Assembly (NCBI RefSeq): GCF_030028105.1
Contig: NC_092386.1
Location: 16,795,258-16,859,257 of the forward strand
From: Mobula birostris
Lineage: Eukaryota
Direction: 5' to 3'
DNA: 64,000 bases
Positions 36,755 to 50,837 of this stretch are shown here, piece after piece. The notes beneath the pieces were generated by a model. The model did no database searches. It saw only the letters and a list, made by a program, of their open reading frames with translations, and was not told the DNA's origin. Both the position numbers and the translations under genes were made by a program. Within the stretch, counting starts at the first letter, position 1. The number at the start of each line of letters is the position of its first letter.

Positions 36755-37090
36755 TTATCTCCTTCCTCGGGTGCCCCTCCTCCTTCCCCTTCTCCCATGG
36801 CCCACTCTCCTCTCCAGTCAGATTCCTTCTTCTTCATCCTCTTACCTTTCCCACCAATCACCTCCCATCTTCTCACTCCGTTCCCCCTCTCCTCACCCAC
36901 CTACCTTCCCCCTCACCTGGCTTCACCTATCATCTGCCAGCTTGTACTCTTCCTACCTTCTTATTCTGGCATTCTCCCCTTTCCTTTCCAGTCCTGATGA
37001 AGGGTCTCGGCCCGAAACAAGGTCTGTTCATTGCTCTCCGTTGATGCTGCCTGACCTGCTGAGTTCCTCCAGCATTTTGTGTGTGTTACT
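36755..37090 (+). mobile_element. PLE 3'-end fragment with hammerhead core
   Basis: ccagtc ctgatga agggtctcggccc gaaac at about 36988-37019, followed by the conserved gatgctgcctgacctgctgagttcctccagc. Confidence 0.8.
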
Positions 37091-38616
37091 CCTGAAGGAT
37101 TAGCTAGATGCTGCTTGCACTGTTATTACTTAATATTCTTGTTAACGTTCAGATCTGCAGATGCAAACAGCAAGTTCTGTATCTACGGGGTTAAATGCTT
37201 TAACTGATGCAGACGATAACATTCTTGAAGTATTGGATTAGACGCTTAGTGTACCTTTTCTGCCAAAGGAGTCTGTTTTCACAAGAGTTACTTGCCTTTA
37301 ACAAAATAATTAATTTTTACAACGATAATTTTATTTACCGAATGGTTTTGCCAAAAGTCACCAGCAATTTAGATTTTGCGTCCGTTTCTCAGTTTCAGAG
37401 CAACATGAAAGATCATGCCCATAAAACACCTGATAGCCCTGCGGCAAAATGATGGAAGAAAGCGGAAGTTTCCCTTTCTGTCAGGTTGCCATCATTTTGT
37501 TAATAGCTGGGACAGATGTTATTACAGTACATAGTTTTTACCAAGTACAAAGGTGTATGATTTGTCCGTCAACTGCAGAAAGTATCGCTGTGCCTTGCAG
37601 CAGACTACAAATTGGGGTCTATTAGCTAAGAGTATGCACTTATCTCTATTGCAGCTTCCCCTGAAAAATTAGCCTGTCACAGCCCCGAGGCCGATAGGCC
37701 CGTGTGAGACAGTGATTAATGAGTGGCTGGAAATGCTGAGAGCAAATCTTGGGATTGTTGTTCAGTGTAACTGTAAGGCAGGGTAGTGGGAATGGGTAAG
37801 GGTAACAGATTCCAGTTCTTACCCAGTACAAAACTCTGTGTAAGATTCATTTCTGAGATGATTTTTGAACATCAAGGACATACAGACACAGAAAGGTTTG
37901 GGAAAAAGGCCAGCAATATCATAAAGGTGCCAATCTACACTGCTCATAGACTCTTTGTCCCTCAAGGAGGAGGCACTGTAACATTCATGCCAGGACCACC
38001 AGACTCAACAACAATTATTTTCTCCAAGCAGGAAGGCTGATCAATACCTTGACTCGCTAAAACTCCTCCACACCCCCACCACTGCTACTTTATCATTTCC
38101 TGTCAGAATCACCTTATGTACAGACGTTCCTGTGCCTAGTCTCACTTTATGCACATATAATCAACTATGTATATAAGCTATCTATATATTGTGACTTTTT
38201 ATTACAGCGTTCCTTATCTTAGTGTGTTTTATGTCCTGCATCGTATCCGGAGTAACAATAATTTTTGTTCTCCTTTACAACTGTGTACTGGAAATGACAT
38301 AAAGCAATATTCAACAATCAAAGATGGCATAGTCACTTGCAGCTTACTTCCTGTCCAAATAATATTACTTTTTGATAGTCCCCTATCGTGATTGTTGGCA
38401 TGACACAGGAATGAGTGGCAGTTGCCTTGATTGACCCAATTATTTCTTTTGTTACGTGAAAATTGTGTTAGGAATTCTATCACACTCTTTGTACATTATA
38501 GATGAGGGAAATTCTTTGGAGTATCAAGAAGTGAGTCAGTCACCAAAGGATGCTCTGTTTTGACCTACTCTTAAGCCCATAAAATTGATGGAGCTGGTCC
38601 AGTTAAATTATAGTCA

Positions 38617-39000
38617 AAGTCAGTCAGTCAGTCAGCCCATCCCTCCTACTGGGGCATAGACCACCAACAGCAGCTTGCCAGAATCCTCTGTCCTGGGCCA
38701 GTCTTTTCAGCTGCCCCTAAGTGTAGCCCATCTTCTTGGTGTCAGCTTCAAGGTCGTGTTACCAGGTGTCCTTTAGCCAGCATCTCTTTCGAAGGTTGAT
38801 ATGTGCTGTAGCTGCCATGGATTTTTGGCTTTCACCACATCATACGTCTTCTTGGCGAAGATCCTTCCTCTCTCAAGGTTGAGATCTTTGGAGCTTCTGT
38901 TGGCAACTCTGTAGTTCTGGGTTCTTACAGAATGGGTTGCAAACCCTATGCCCATACCTCCTCCTTTGGCAGCTGGGCTTGGGACCGTCGATGACAAGGT
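38617..39000 (-). mobile_element. Bipartite RTE-derived non-autonomous element
   Basis: Minus strand starts gacggtcccaagcccagctgccaaaggaggagg (RTE-5'-UTR-like) and ends tatgccccagtagg...(gact)n. Confidence 0.6.
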
Positions 39001-40786
39001 GAACCCCATAATGAAGGTGAGTTCATTGACAATGGGAATGTCGATTCCACTTTTGCAATGGCACGGTAGTGTTGCAATTAGTACGATCCCTTTACAGCAC
39101 CAATCGTCACTGATTGGGGTTCGATTCCCATCACTGCCTGTAAAGATTTGTTCTCCCTGTAACTGTGTGGGTTTCCTCCGGGAGCACTGGTTTCCTCCCA
39201 CAATCCAAAGGTGTACAGTTAGGCTTAGTGAGTTGCCGGCGCACTATGTTGGAACCAGAAGCGTGGCAACATTTTCAGGCTGCCTCCCAGCGCCTTCACA
39301 GACTATGTTGGTTATGGACGTAAACAAAGCATTTTACTGTATTTTTCAAAGTTTCAATGTATCATTAACAAATTAAATTAGTCTTAATGCCTTCAGATAT
39401 GCTGTGCTGAAGAGCTGGCTGCACATTACATCACAACGCATCTGTTTCATCAGCTTTACTCCAACCATCGCTAGCACGTGGGTTGGCGCAGTACCATAAC
39501 AGTGTGTGTAACACTATTACAGCGCCAGTGACTTATTTTTAAGTTAACGTTTATGACTTTTGTTTAACGATTTCTATATTTTGCAATAAATTAATCGATT
39601 TGAATTGCTTTTATGCACCTCCGACCATAGACATTTAAAAGCAGTTCAATACCCTTTAACAACAGCAGACTGTCAAAAGGCCGGCAGAGCAGTCTGGCGA
39701 TAGGACCTCAGAAGCTGCTAACTGAGGTCTGGTTGCTCCTTGCAGGCTACTCTGTTTCATGGGACAGTACTGACCGTGAATAATGCTGCTCGACTCACCC
39801 TGCAGGTCCACAGAAAGGGTGGCTCTGGGTTTAGCACATGTGAAAGACATGAAGTATTTATTAGATTTGGAATGACCTAACCTGTAGCGCATATAATTAT
39901 TTTTTCTCTGAAGAACTTAAAAATATCAAAAATATCGACCCTGATGCCATAGATTTTGTTGATGGGAAAAGTCTCAGAAATTTCAAGGGATGCACCATGA
40001 CCTTTTGCTCTTCATTTAAAAAAGTATTTTCCTTCCCAGACTTCCAAACCTCTTCTTATCCAATTTCGTGCAATACAAGATAAACAAAATGTCAGATGAA
40101 ATCACAGTATGGAGTATCGATTTGATCTACAGAAAAGACATATAGCTTGCAGTAAATGCCCACCTGAAATCTCCCTTTCCAGGCAGCTAAATTGAAGCTT
40201 GATATACACCAGTGACCATTAACAATTTGGCCAAATATAGGATAAACATTTCAAATTTATGTGTTGCTGGGAGCCGTAAGTGGACTCATTCCCATTTTGC
40301 TGAATTACTGATACCTCTTCAAAGTTTTTTTTTCCACTTAGGTGCAAAGTAAAATTGAGTGTTTTAGATTGGCTGAATGATTCAGCAGTTCAAAAAATTG
40401 GATCAATATAGAAACATTGTCTCAGTTTCCCATCATTCTGCAAAATCATAGTCAGAGAGTACTGTAGCACAAAAACAGGCCCTTTGGCCCATCTAGTCCA
40501 TGCCGAATTATTATTCTGCTTAGTCCATCAACTTGCACCCAGACCATACCCTCCAAACCCCTCCCATTCTTTTACACCATTCCAATACAAAGGAATTTTG
40601 TGCATCAAAGACCGGAGAAATTCAATCATTCCTGAATAGCAGTGTGACTCTGATATTTTACAGTAGACGTATTCATACAGGTGAGGTCTTGATGTGAGTT
40701 TGGATTATGATTGCAATGTAAAAGCTCAGACACGTTTACAAATCCCAGACACCTCCTTATATTAAAGCAGCACTTGTCACATCAAA

Positions 40787-40932
40787 AACACGAGAGATTC
40801 TGCAGATGCTGGAAATCCAGAGCAGCATACAAAATGCCAGAGAAACTTAGCAGGTCAGGCAATATTTGTAGAGGGGATTCTGGCTTCTTCCCCTTTCCTT
40901 TCCAGTCCTGATGAAAGGTCTTGGCACGATTA
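40787..40932. mobile_element. Miniature two-ended PLE insertion with 11-bp TSD
   Basis: gtcacatcaaa at 40776-40786 and 40933-40943; inverted full 3' end on the left, plus-strand hammerhead fragment on the right. Confidence 0.75.
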
Positions 40933-40959
40933 GTCACATCAAATAGACTTTGAATTTAG

Positions 40960-41760
40960 TACATCTGCTTGCATCTGAAGCATAAAATGATATCCAGGCC
41001 ACCAAAGGTGGAAATTGCAGAGATATTTACCATGATCTACCACACATCAGTCGATACAATGGTGCTCCTGAGGGATGGAGAACCATAAATATTGAAAACT
41101 TGCTCAAACCAGTACGTAAGGATGAAAACCAGAAGCTATAGTCCATTAGGATGAGCTTTACAGTGGGGAAAATATTTAGAAAAAGTAATCAGGAATAGAG
41201 TGAGCACGCACTTGGATAAGGGCAAAGTAATTGCAGAAACCAGTACAGATTTGTTACAGATAAATCATGTCCAATTGTGGGGCGTCACAGTAGCATAGCA
41301 GTTAGCATGACACTATTACAGCTCAGGGCGTTTCGGAGTTCAATTTCAGTGTCATCTGTAAGGAGTCTCCATATGTCCTCCCCGTGGAATGTGTGGGTTT
41401 ACTCCACGTCCTCCAGTTTCCTCCCACAGTCCAAAGGCATACCAGATAGGTCAGTTGGTCACATTGTGAATTGTCCTGTGATTAGGTTAGGGTTAACGGG
41501 GGTTGTGGGGTTGCTGGGGCCAGAAGGGCCTACTCCTTGCTGTACTGCTTTATATAAACAAATAAATAAAAATTAAATAAACTAACCTGACAGAGATTTT
41601 CCGTGAAGTAACTGAAAAGGACCTTTGCAGTTGAACTGTATTTTAGGCTTCCAAATGCTGTTTGATTAAATGTCACATAGAAGACTTATCATCAACATGG
41701 AAGCCTGTGCAACTGAAGTGCTTAATTGGCAGTACACAACAGATAGTTGTGAGGCATTTA
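40960..41760 (+). mobile_element. Old CR1 RT remnant interrupted by an HE1-type SINE (41278-41580)
   Basis: aaatcatgtc...actaacctg (KSC-TNL) is split by the SINE; ttccaaatgctgtttgat resembles the FQKAFD motif. Confidence 0.55.
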
Positions 41761-41829
41761 TTGGACAGGAGCAGAGTTCACCAAACACCAGTACCAGAGG
41801 GATAGATTCCTCAAACATACTCATGCTTT

Positions 41830-42211
41830 TGGTATGAACATCGATTTCTCGAACTTCTGGGAATTGCCCCACTCCTTCATCTCCTTCATCCTTCCCCATT
41901 CCTGTTTCCCTCTCTCACCTCATATCTTTCCCCACCCATCCTTCCCTTTCTTCCGTGGTCTACTACCCTCTGCTATCAGATTCCCCCTCACCAATCAACC
42001 TCCCATCTCTTGACTTCACCCACCCACCATCTTCTGGTTTCACCTATCACCTACCATCTTGTGCTTCTTTCTCCCCTCCCCCCACCTTCTTACCCTGACC
42101 TCCTCTTCTTTCCAGTCCTGATGAAGGCCCGCAGCCCGAAACATTAACTGTTTACTCTTTTCCACAGATGCTGTCTGGCCTGCTGAGTTCCTCCAGAATT
42201 TTGTGTGTGTT
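41830..42211 (+). mobile_element. PLE 3' fragment with hammerhead core
   Basis: ggtatgaacatcgatttctcgaacttc (GMNIDFSNF) and ccagtcctgatgaaggcccgcagcccgaaacattaactg. Confidence 0.8.
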
Positions 42212-44750
42212 CCTCACACCAATGATAGTTGACTTCATACCTGCTTTGGTTTCAAGGATCAACTTTTTTTGCCATATACATTTACATGTATCAGGAATTT
42301 GCCATGGTGCATTGGCGTGACATGCAACAAAAAATCAACATCCAACAATTACAAAGAACATAAAATTATATAAAAAATAAAGTTAAAGGTTAAAGTGTGG
42401 ATATGGCTAAAATGTGCATACATATATAAATACCAGCATATACAATGTGAACAGCACTACATAAAGTGGTTTGAGGTGTTTACAGTGCAGTGACTGAGGT
42501 AAAGAATAGAAGTGGGGGGGGGGGTCAACTATAATAGATGATTAGATTAACTTGCTGGGGGAAGAAATCTTTAAGATGCTGTGAAGTTTTTGTTTTAATG
42601 GCCCTATAGCACTTTCCAGAAGGGAGCTTTTTGAAAAGGCAGTTTGCAGGGTGGGTAGTGCCTGTAGTGATTTTTCCTATCCGTTCCTTTGTTTTGGACA
42701 CAGTAATGGCAGACTGCAGCCAATGATTTTTTTTTCCTGCTAAGCTGACAGTTCTCTGTAGTTTTCATAGTTTGTTAGGTGCTACACCAAACCAGACAGT
42801 AACCAAAGGACAATTCATGAAAGAGGGAAGGGTTGATTAGTGAACTAGGGAAACTGGCACCAGCAGAGGTAACTTATGGTTTCCAACATACAAAGACCTT
42901 GATATAGTTGTCAAATCCGATGGGAGATAGGTAAGCCAATTGTGCACCAATTATTCTTACCATTGCCGCTTAAGGTACAAATGAAAAGCTGATAATATTT
43001 CCAGCTTCTTCTGCATTTATTTCACACTTGGGTACCACCAGCCTTTGCACAGGAACAGAAAAAACTTGCAGAAAATTGTAAACTCAGCCAGCTCCAACAT
43101 GGACACTAGCCTCCCCAGCACTGAACACACCTTCAACGGTGATGCCTCAAAAAGATGGCATCAAAAAGGACTCCAATCACCCAAGCCATGTCCTCTTCTC
43201 ATTAATGCCATCAGGGAGGAAGCACAGGAGCTTGAAGGCACACACTGAATATTTTAGGGATGGCTTCTTCCCCTCCAACATCAGATTTCTGAATGTTCCA
43301 TTAATCCATTTACACTACCTCACTATTTTTTTCTTTTTTTCCTCTCTTTTTGCACTACTTACTTAATTTAATTTATATATATGTTGAGATAAGGGCATCA
43401 CCAGCAGACAAACTACAGTATATTTGGGTGGTGGGGTGGAGATGCGTCTCTTCCAAAGGAGATGTAAGCTGCTCCTTCCCTCCACTAACCTGTAGATCAC
43501 CCTGAAAGGTGTAACACCTGCTTAGCTCCCCCTCCCCAACCGATCAGGGCCATGGGAGCAGGTGGTGGATGGTCGTATGAGAAGCTGGTGCATTTCACAA
43601 GTCCTGGTTATGCGACCACTGACGCCAGGCAGACAATCTCTGAAGAGCATTAATAATCGCTGGAGTCACCCAGCTTGCAAAGACACTGTCCAGAAGAAGG
43701 CAATGGCAAACCACTTCTGTAGAAAAATTTGCCAAGAACAATCATGGTTATGGAGACCGTGATCGCCTACATCATATGATGCGACACTTAATGATGGGGG
43801 TCCTGGTGAATGGAAAAATGAAGGTTAGATAGAATTGTGTACAGCACGTTTTGCTTTGGAAGATCTCATCTGCAGGAAATCATTGATGCAATGTTCGTTA
43901 TTTTTCTATCTACTAACTTTAATTGACAAAGATTTGTGGGCAAAACGCCAGTGGTTGTCGGAAATATCAGCAGAATTCTAGTTGACAGTGCAGAGTCAGG
44001 AATCAATAGACATATACTGTGCTTCATATCTCTTTACCTGTTCCTGGGATGTGAACTTGAAAGTCAAACGTGCAGAGAGAACTTCAGCTCTGGTGTCTGG
44101 GTGGGCTCAGATGCAGGCAAGAACATAAATAAGCTCGGAGTGGTAATAGGTCAGGAATAAAAACAAATATTATAAACACTCAACAGGTCAGGTAGCATCT
44201 GTAAAGAAGGAAAACTTGTTAATGTTGAGGATCCCCTTCGTCAAATAAGTCTGATGCAAGATCTTCAAACTGAAATGTTAATTCTTCTTCTTTTGCCACA
44301 GATACTTCCTGACCTACTGAGGTGCTGGCAAATTCAATATGGTCATCACTCAATAAGAACAATATCAAAGGATATGTTATCTTTAGTATATAAATAAAAA
44401 GTCTCCCAACAGCACATGTTTAAAGACCATAGGCATCCGTCCATAATCACAGCCCAGAGTCAGAATCAGAATCAGGTTTACTATCACTGACACGAGTCGT
44501 AAAATTTGTTGTTTTGAGGCAGCAGTGCAGTGTAATACATAAAAAATACTATGTTATAATAAGAAATGTATTAAAATTTAAATAAATGTTTCAAAAAGAA
44601 AGCAAAATGGTGAGTTTGTTCGTGGTCCATTCAGATATCTGATGGTAGAGGGAAAGAAGCTTTTCCTAGTGCATCATCAAGCCCCTGTACCTCCTCCCTG
44701 TTAGTAGCAATGAGAAGTAATCAGAAGGAACTGCCAACAAATAGTACTTA

Positions 44751-45279
44751 CAATACTGTGCAAAAATCTTAAAAGCATATGTATAGCTAGAGTGCCTAAG
44801 ACTTTTGCACAGTACTGTAGTTATGAATGTGGAATGGAGAGCAAGTTTGTAACAGGAGCGGGAGCAGAGGATGTTGGGACTGTTGAGGGTGCTGCGCCAT
44901 GGGAAGGGTGCAGGACAGGTAGCAGAGAAGGAATGCCAGGGGTGGGGTGCAGTGCATCCAGCCCTGAGACACCAGGCAAGGTCATTTGATTCCAAAAGAA
45001 AATGGTTTATTGATCTTTACAGAATATCTCTCTGGTGCTTTCTGCTCCCTCCCCGTTCCCTTCCTCTTTTCCCAACCATAATTCCCTCTCCCTGCTCCCT
45101 TCACACTCTCAGTCCACAATAGAAACCCATATCAGAATCAGGTTTATCATCACTCACATATTTCATGAAATTTGTTTTTTGTTTTGTGGCAGAAATACAG
45201 TGAAATAAATAAAATTACTACAGTACTGTGTAAAACACCCAAGCTATATATATGAGCCTAAGACTATTGCATAGCACTG
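44751..45279 (-). mobile_element. Tc1-type composite MITE (family B) with palindromic 59-72-bp termini
   Basis: TA-flanked; hairpins at 44751-44817 and 45221-45279 built from cagtactgtgcaaaagtcttagg; core matches 54526-54931 in reverse. Confidence 0.8.
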
Positions 45280-46674
45280 TAATTAGATGCCATTTACAAT
45301 CACATATCTTTGACTCCAACATGATAACACTGCAACATCTCATTCATTGTTTCTGTGCCAGCATATCCTTGTTCTTTCAGAGCCCTTTGTTATTTTATGC
45401 TCAAATCCTTTTATAATAGACAGAATACTGCTGGCATCCTAATTGCCTGCATATTAACGTTAAATGCTTTGTGTAGAATAGCCAGCTCCCTCAGAACACT
45501 AATATCTATCACCATTTATTCTCACACCATTTTAAACACATTAACTCATTTTACCAAAGTGGACAACCTATTTTTTCCGCATTGTATTCCGCCATGAACT
45601 TGTCCATCCACGTAGCCTCTCAATATCCCTTTCTCAGTTCACACTGCTCCCATTTTAGTACAACCAGGAAACTTGGATATATTACACTTGAACACCTTAG
45701 CTAAATTATTGAAATAGATTGTTAATACTGTGAACCCCAGCACCAGTTCCTGCAACACTTCATTGGTCACAGCCTCCCAGCCTAATAATGACCTAACTAT
45801 TCGTATTCCCTGTATTCTGTATTTTGGTATTTCACCCAGATGCCTTTATTTTAATTTTGTTTAATAATCTCCTGTGTGGCATGTTCTTAAAAACATTCTG
45901 AAAGTCTAAGTATCCTGTATCATCTGGTTTGCTTTAATCTTCCCTGACGCTTACAACATCAAAATTCTAGCAGATTTATCAATACGATTTCCCTTTCATA
46001 GGTCCATGCTGTTTCTATCAATTCTATTCTTTATTTCCCAAGGGTCTTGTTACCACTTCCTTAGTAATATTTTCACTACCACTGATGTCAGCCTAACTGG
46101 TCTGTAATTCTTTGTTACTGTATCTCCTTGTGTATTTTCAGTACTGAGGTTATATTTGTTACCTGCCATTCTGTAGAGACCATTCTCAAATCTGTGGAAA
46201 GTTGGAAGATGGCAGTCAGTACCTCCATTATCTTCATGGTCACCCCTTTAAAATTTTCAGACTCAGATAATCAGGTCTTGGAGAATTATCAGTTTCCAGT
46301 CCCATTAATTTCAAAGTTCAAAGTAAATTTATTTTCAAAGTGACCATATAATACCCTAAGATTCACTTTCAATGTGCAAAAGACAAACTGTGCAAATACA
46401 AAATAAACAAATAATACTGAGAACACTAGTTGTAGGTTCATTGAAAGTGAGTCCATAAGTTGTGGAATCATTTCAATGTTGAGGTGAGTAAGTTATCCAC
46501 AATGGCTCACGAGCCTGATGGTTGAAGGGTAATAACTGTTCCTGAACCTGGTGGTGTGGGACCTAACTCTCCTAGCTTCTCTCGGACTGATTTAGCCAGA
46601 GGGTGGTGACTAAGTGGAAATCATTGCCACATACGGCTGTAGAGACCAGATCATTGGGTATACTTAAAACTGAA

Positions 46675-46766
46675 GATGATAGGTTCTTGATTAGTAAAAA
46701 GTTACAAGCAGAAGGCAGGAGATGATAGGTTCTTGATTAGTCAAAAGTTACAAGCAGAAGGCAGGA
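46675..46766 (+). repeat. 46-bp tandem duplication inside a CR1 3' fragment (about 46590-46860)
   Basis: gatgataggttcttgattagt(a/c)aaaagttacaagcagaaggcagga twice, one mismatch. Confidence 0.9.
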
Positions 46767-47520
46767 GAATGGGGTTGAGAAGGATAATAAATCAGCCATG
46801 GTTGAATCATGGAGCAGATTCAATGGGCTGAATGCCTAATTCTGCTCCAATGACATGTTATGTCCCACAGATCTCACTTCTCCCGATTTGACATAGTAAC
46901 TAAGCCATGTGGTACCGAAACAACAGACTCAGCATCCACCTCTACATCAACTTCCAGTTGCCACGGTTACATTCTGCACTCATTCGGGTGCAGCAGAGCC
47001 TCTGGGCAGGTATCCCTTGCTCACAGGACGAAGGCCTAAAGGATGCAGTCTTTGACCTGAAACTCATGCTGCTGGACCAACTGAACATTTCCTGTATTTG
47101 CTACCTTTATCAAAGATTTCCAGCATCTGCAGATTTTTTTTTGTCTGTGTAGTGTTCATGAACCATTCAGAAATCTGATGGTGGATGATATTATTAGAAT
47201 TAACAATATAACACTTACACTTCAATAATGTACTAAGAAGACATAATTATACAGCATACCAATCTCTGTGATGATATCAATTTAAGTAATGCACTTTTTA
47301 CAGCCTTTGCATTAAAGAATATTGAGGCTTTTAGCACAAAATGCCAAACAGGAGAAGTTAAAGTGAAAAAAGGGGGAAGGAAATATTGCCCAAGGGGAAG
47401 CCCAAAGGCCCTTATAAAGGAAAAATTGAGGTTGCAGTATTGTAAATGATTACATACTTAACTGCCCTGCAGAGATTGACTAAAGTTAAAGTCAACATTG
47501 TGTTTATTATCGAGTATATA

Positions 47521-47802
47521 TGTTATGTTTTGTAACTCATTAAACTAATTCAAAGGAAGACACAGAAGTCCAAAATGTGCATTTAACTTACTTAAAGCCA
47601 GTCGAACACGGATCACGTGGTAGTGTGATGACGTATGCAATTCCCGTATTTATACATATAACCTGTAGTGAATTATTTAAATGAACAAGAATGCTTAATC
47701 AACAGCATATTTACAAGATAACCCAAATATTATTAAATGCCAGTGGTGTAACAGGTGGTAACTAACTAACTCAAATATTACTGAAATATTAAATGCACAA
47801 CA
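47521..47802. mobile_element. Candidate solo LTR
   Basis: TGTTATGT...GCACAACA short inverted termini; flanks atata / atatg. Confidence 0.5.
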
Positions 47803-49943
47803 ATATGTATGCCAGCCGCAATGAAAAACGTACTTGCATCAGCAGAGCAGGCACATAGCATCACACAAGAAAAACATATATTATACTCTATTTTTACAGG
47901 AAAACACAAAGAGAACAAAAGGGAATGGTGTGATAGCATACCAGTTAGCTCAATCGCTTTACAGTGCCTGCAATTACCGATCAGTGTGTGATTGCCGCCA
48001 GATTGTACGTTCTCCCTGTGACCGATGGGTTTCCTGCGGGTGTTCCAGTTTCAGGTTCGGATGTCTTTGTCATTCAACCATGCATGAATACAGCCAAAAA
48101 AAACACTATTACTCTGGGGCCAAGGTACAAAACATAGTACCAACAGTCTAAAACAGCATAAGGCACATATAAAACACCTAAGATAGCAGCAAAATACAGT
48201 CTCACCAAAGATATATAGTCCAAGTCCCTAAGTCCATGAATGTTGCAGCAGTCTGCAGTCAAACACAATAGAGCTTGCCTTCTGCCAAGCGAACACTGGG
48301 GCCAGCACGGACTCCAGCTTGGACGCCACGCCACACCGCACCCAGCATTCCGGTGAAGCATCCAACTCTGTTGCCTCCCCCTGGATGGCTGGAAACAGGC
48401 AACCATGCTGCCTGAGGCCTAGTTCTTGCAATGACTAAGGCCACACAGCTCCCCCACCTTTCGCTAATAAACAAATGGATTAGGCTTGCAGCATTTGACA
48501 CCAGCAATGTCCAGCAGGTTCTTGCGATCAGAAGAAAAGTGACTAAGATGATCACTTGCTGTTAGACTGCACGTTGCCTTTGTGCCCCGACGCCTCTTGG
48601 TCACAGGCAGCAGGACAGTCCATCTTCTTCATATTCTCCACCAACGAGCACCTTGCAGACGGGGTAGGCCTGCAATACTTTAATTTCTTAATGTCCAACA
48701 GGGTCTTGTGAACATAAAAACATGTTTAAAAAGGACACTGTCATCTTTGATTGACCCCATAGAAGCGGCTGCTGCCATTTTTACCACCTTTCTCCCACGT
48801 TCCAAAGGTGTATGGTTAGAGTTAGGGCTGGTAAATTCTGAGCATGCCACCTTGGTGCAGGAAGCTCGGCGACACTTGCAGGCTGTTCTCACCAACTTTA
48901 GCTCATTTGGTTTGACGCAAATGACACATTTCACTGCATGTTTCGATGTGCAAGTGACAAACACAGCTAATCTTCAAAGGGAAGATAAAAAGTTCATTTT
49001 AGTGCGAAGTGGTCATCCTGTTGTTAAACTGCAGAAAGCTGTAAACTCAATCAGCTCCATCATGGACGCCAGCCTCCCCGGCAACCAGGACATCTTCAAG
49101 AAGCGATGGTTCAAAAAGGCAGCATCCTTTATTAAGGACCCCATCATCCAGGACATGCCCTCTTCTCATTCATACCATCAGGGAGCGGGGTGCAAGAGCA
49201 TAAAGGCACAACCTCAACAATTCAGGAACAGCTTCTTCCCCTCTGCCATCAGATTTCTGAATGGACATTGAACCCACAAATACTACCTCACTACCTCTTT
49301 TCCTCATTTTGCACTACTTATATAACTATTTTAATATACACAGTATATACTTCTTACTGCAATTTACCGTTTTTATTATTATGTACTGAAGTGTGCTGCT
49401 GCGGCATAACAACAAATTTCAAGACCTATGCCAGTGATATTAAACCTGATCCTGATTCTGAACTGCAGTGATTAGGATCTTGCCGGTTGACTCAGGATCC
49501 AAATGGATAATGGGAAGTAGCTATTCTTGAACCTGGTGTTGTGGGACCTCCTGCCTGATGGTAGCTGAGCAAAGCTGACATTGCTTCAGGTGTGGGAAGT
49601 AATAGAGCTGAACCATTCTGCTATCATTCAGATTGACTGTCTTGAAGCCTAATTGTACTAAATATAGCATCAAAATTAAAAATTCTTAACTGGATCATTA
49701 ATAATAATTTTGCTCAACCATCCTTCATCGCTAGAGATTGCAATCATACTCCTTGAGGTAGGAGTGAAAATCATGTACATTTATAAAGGCCATTGCATGA
49801 TTTTCATGCAAGTTGAGTCACATTTGCACAATAAACCCAGTTGAGTACTGTACCATTTCACTGTGCTAGAAAAATGCATAATCCCATGTTATACAATGAA
49901 TTAACATGACAATGCAAAGGAATTAGTATCACTATAGTTTCAA

Positions 49944-50738
49944 GTGTGTGAGGTATTGCACGTTGAAAGGACAAACCAAGGTAGAACATACAGGGTTAAT
50001 GGTAAGGCACTGAGGAGTGCAGTGGAACAGAGGGATCTGGGAATACAGATACAAAATTCCCTAAAAGTGGCATCACAGGTAGGTAGGGTCGTAAAGAGAG
50101 CTTTTGGTACATTGGCCTTTATTAATCGAAGTACTGAGTATAAGAGCTGGAATGTTATGATGAGGTTGTATAAGGCATTGGTGAGGCCAAATCTGGAGTA
50201 TTGTGTTCAGTTTTGGTCACCAAATTACAGGAAGGATATAAATAAGGTTGAAAGAGTGCAGAGAAGGTTTACAAGGATGTTGCCGGGACTTGAGAAACTC
50301 AGTTACAGGGAAAGGTTGAATAGGTTAGGATTTTATTCCCTGGAGCGTAGAAGAATGAGGGGAGATTTGATAGAGGTATATAAAATTATGATGGGTATAG
50401 ATAGAATGAATGCAAGCAGGCTTTTTCCACTGAGGCAAGGGGAGAAAAAAACCAGAAGACATGGGTTAAGGGTGAGGGGGGAAAAGTTTAAAGGGAACAT
50501 TAGGGGGGGGCTTCTTCACACAGAGAGTGGTGGGAGTATGGAATGAGCTGCCAGACGAGGTGGTAAATGCGGGTTCTTTTTTAACATTTAAGAATAAATT
50601 GGACAGATACATGGATGGGAGGTGTATGGAGGGATATGGTCCGTGTGCAGGTCAGTGGGACTAGGCAGAAAATGGTTCGGCACAGCCAAGAAGGGCCAAA
50701 AGGCCTGTTTCTGTGCTGTAGTTTCTATGGTTCTATGG
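49944..50738 (+). mobile_element. Young 5'-truncated CR1
   Basis: ORF 49944..50546 CEVLH...RDLGIQI...LVRPNLEYCVQFWSP...MRGDLIEVYKIM; tail tttctatggttctatgg. Confidence 0.9.
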
Positions 50739-50837
50739 CTGTATGAACTGATAATCCAATGGGAAAAGTCTTTTGGGGTCGCTTGAGAGAAAATAATTTT
50801 CATTCAGGATTTACAAATCCTTTGTTAAATATTGTTG

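Noticed and set aside
39650-39900. Exon-like stretch with splice-like signals on both strands
   Set aside because: No frame gives a recognisable protein, and the signals do not define a consistent exon.
48708-49271. 187-aa ORF
   Set aside because: Crosses SINE and Rex-tail fragments; only the C-terminal part has LINE-derived similarity.
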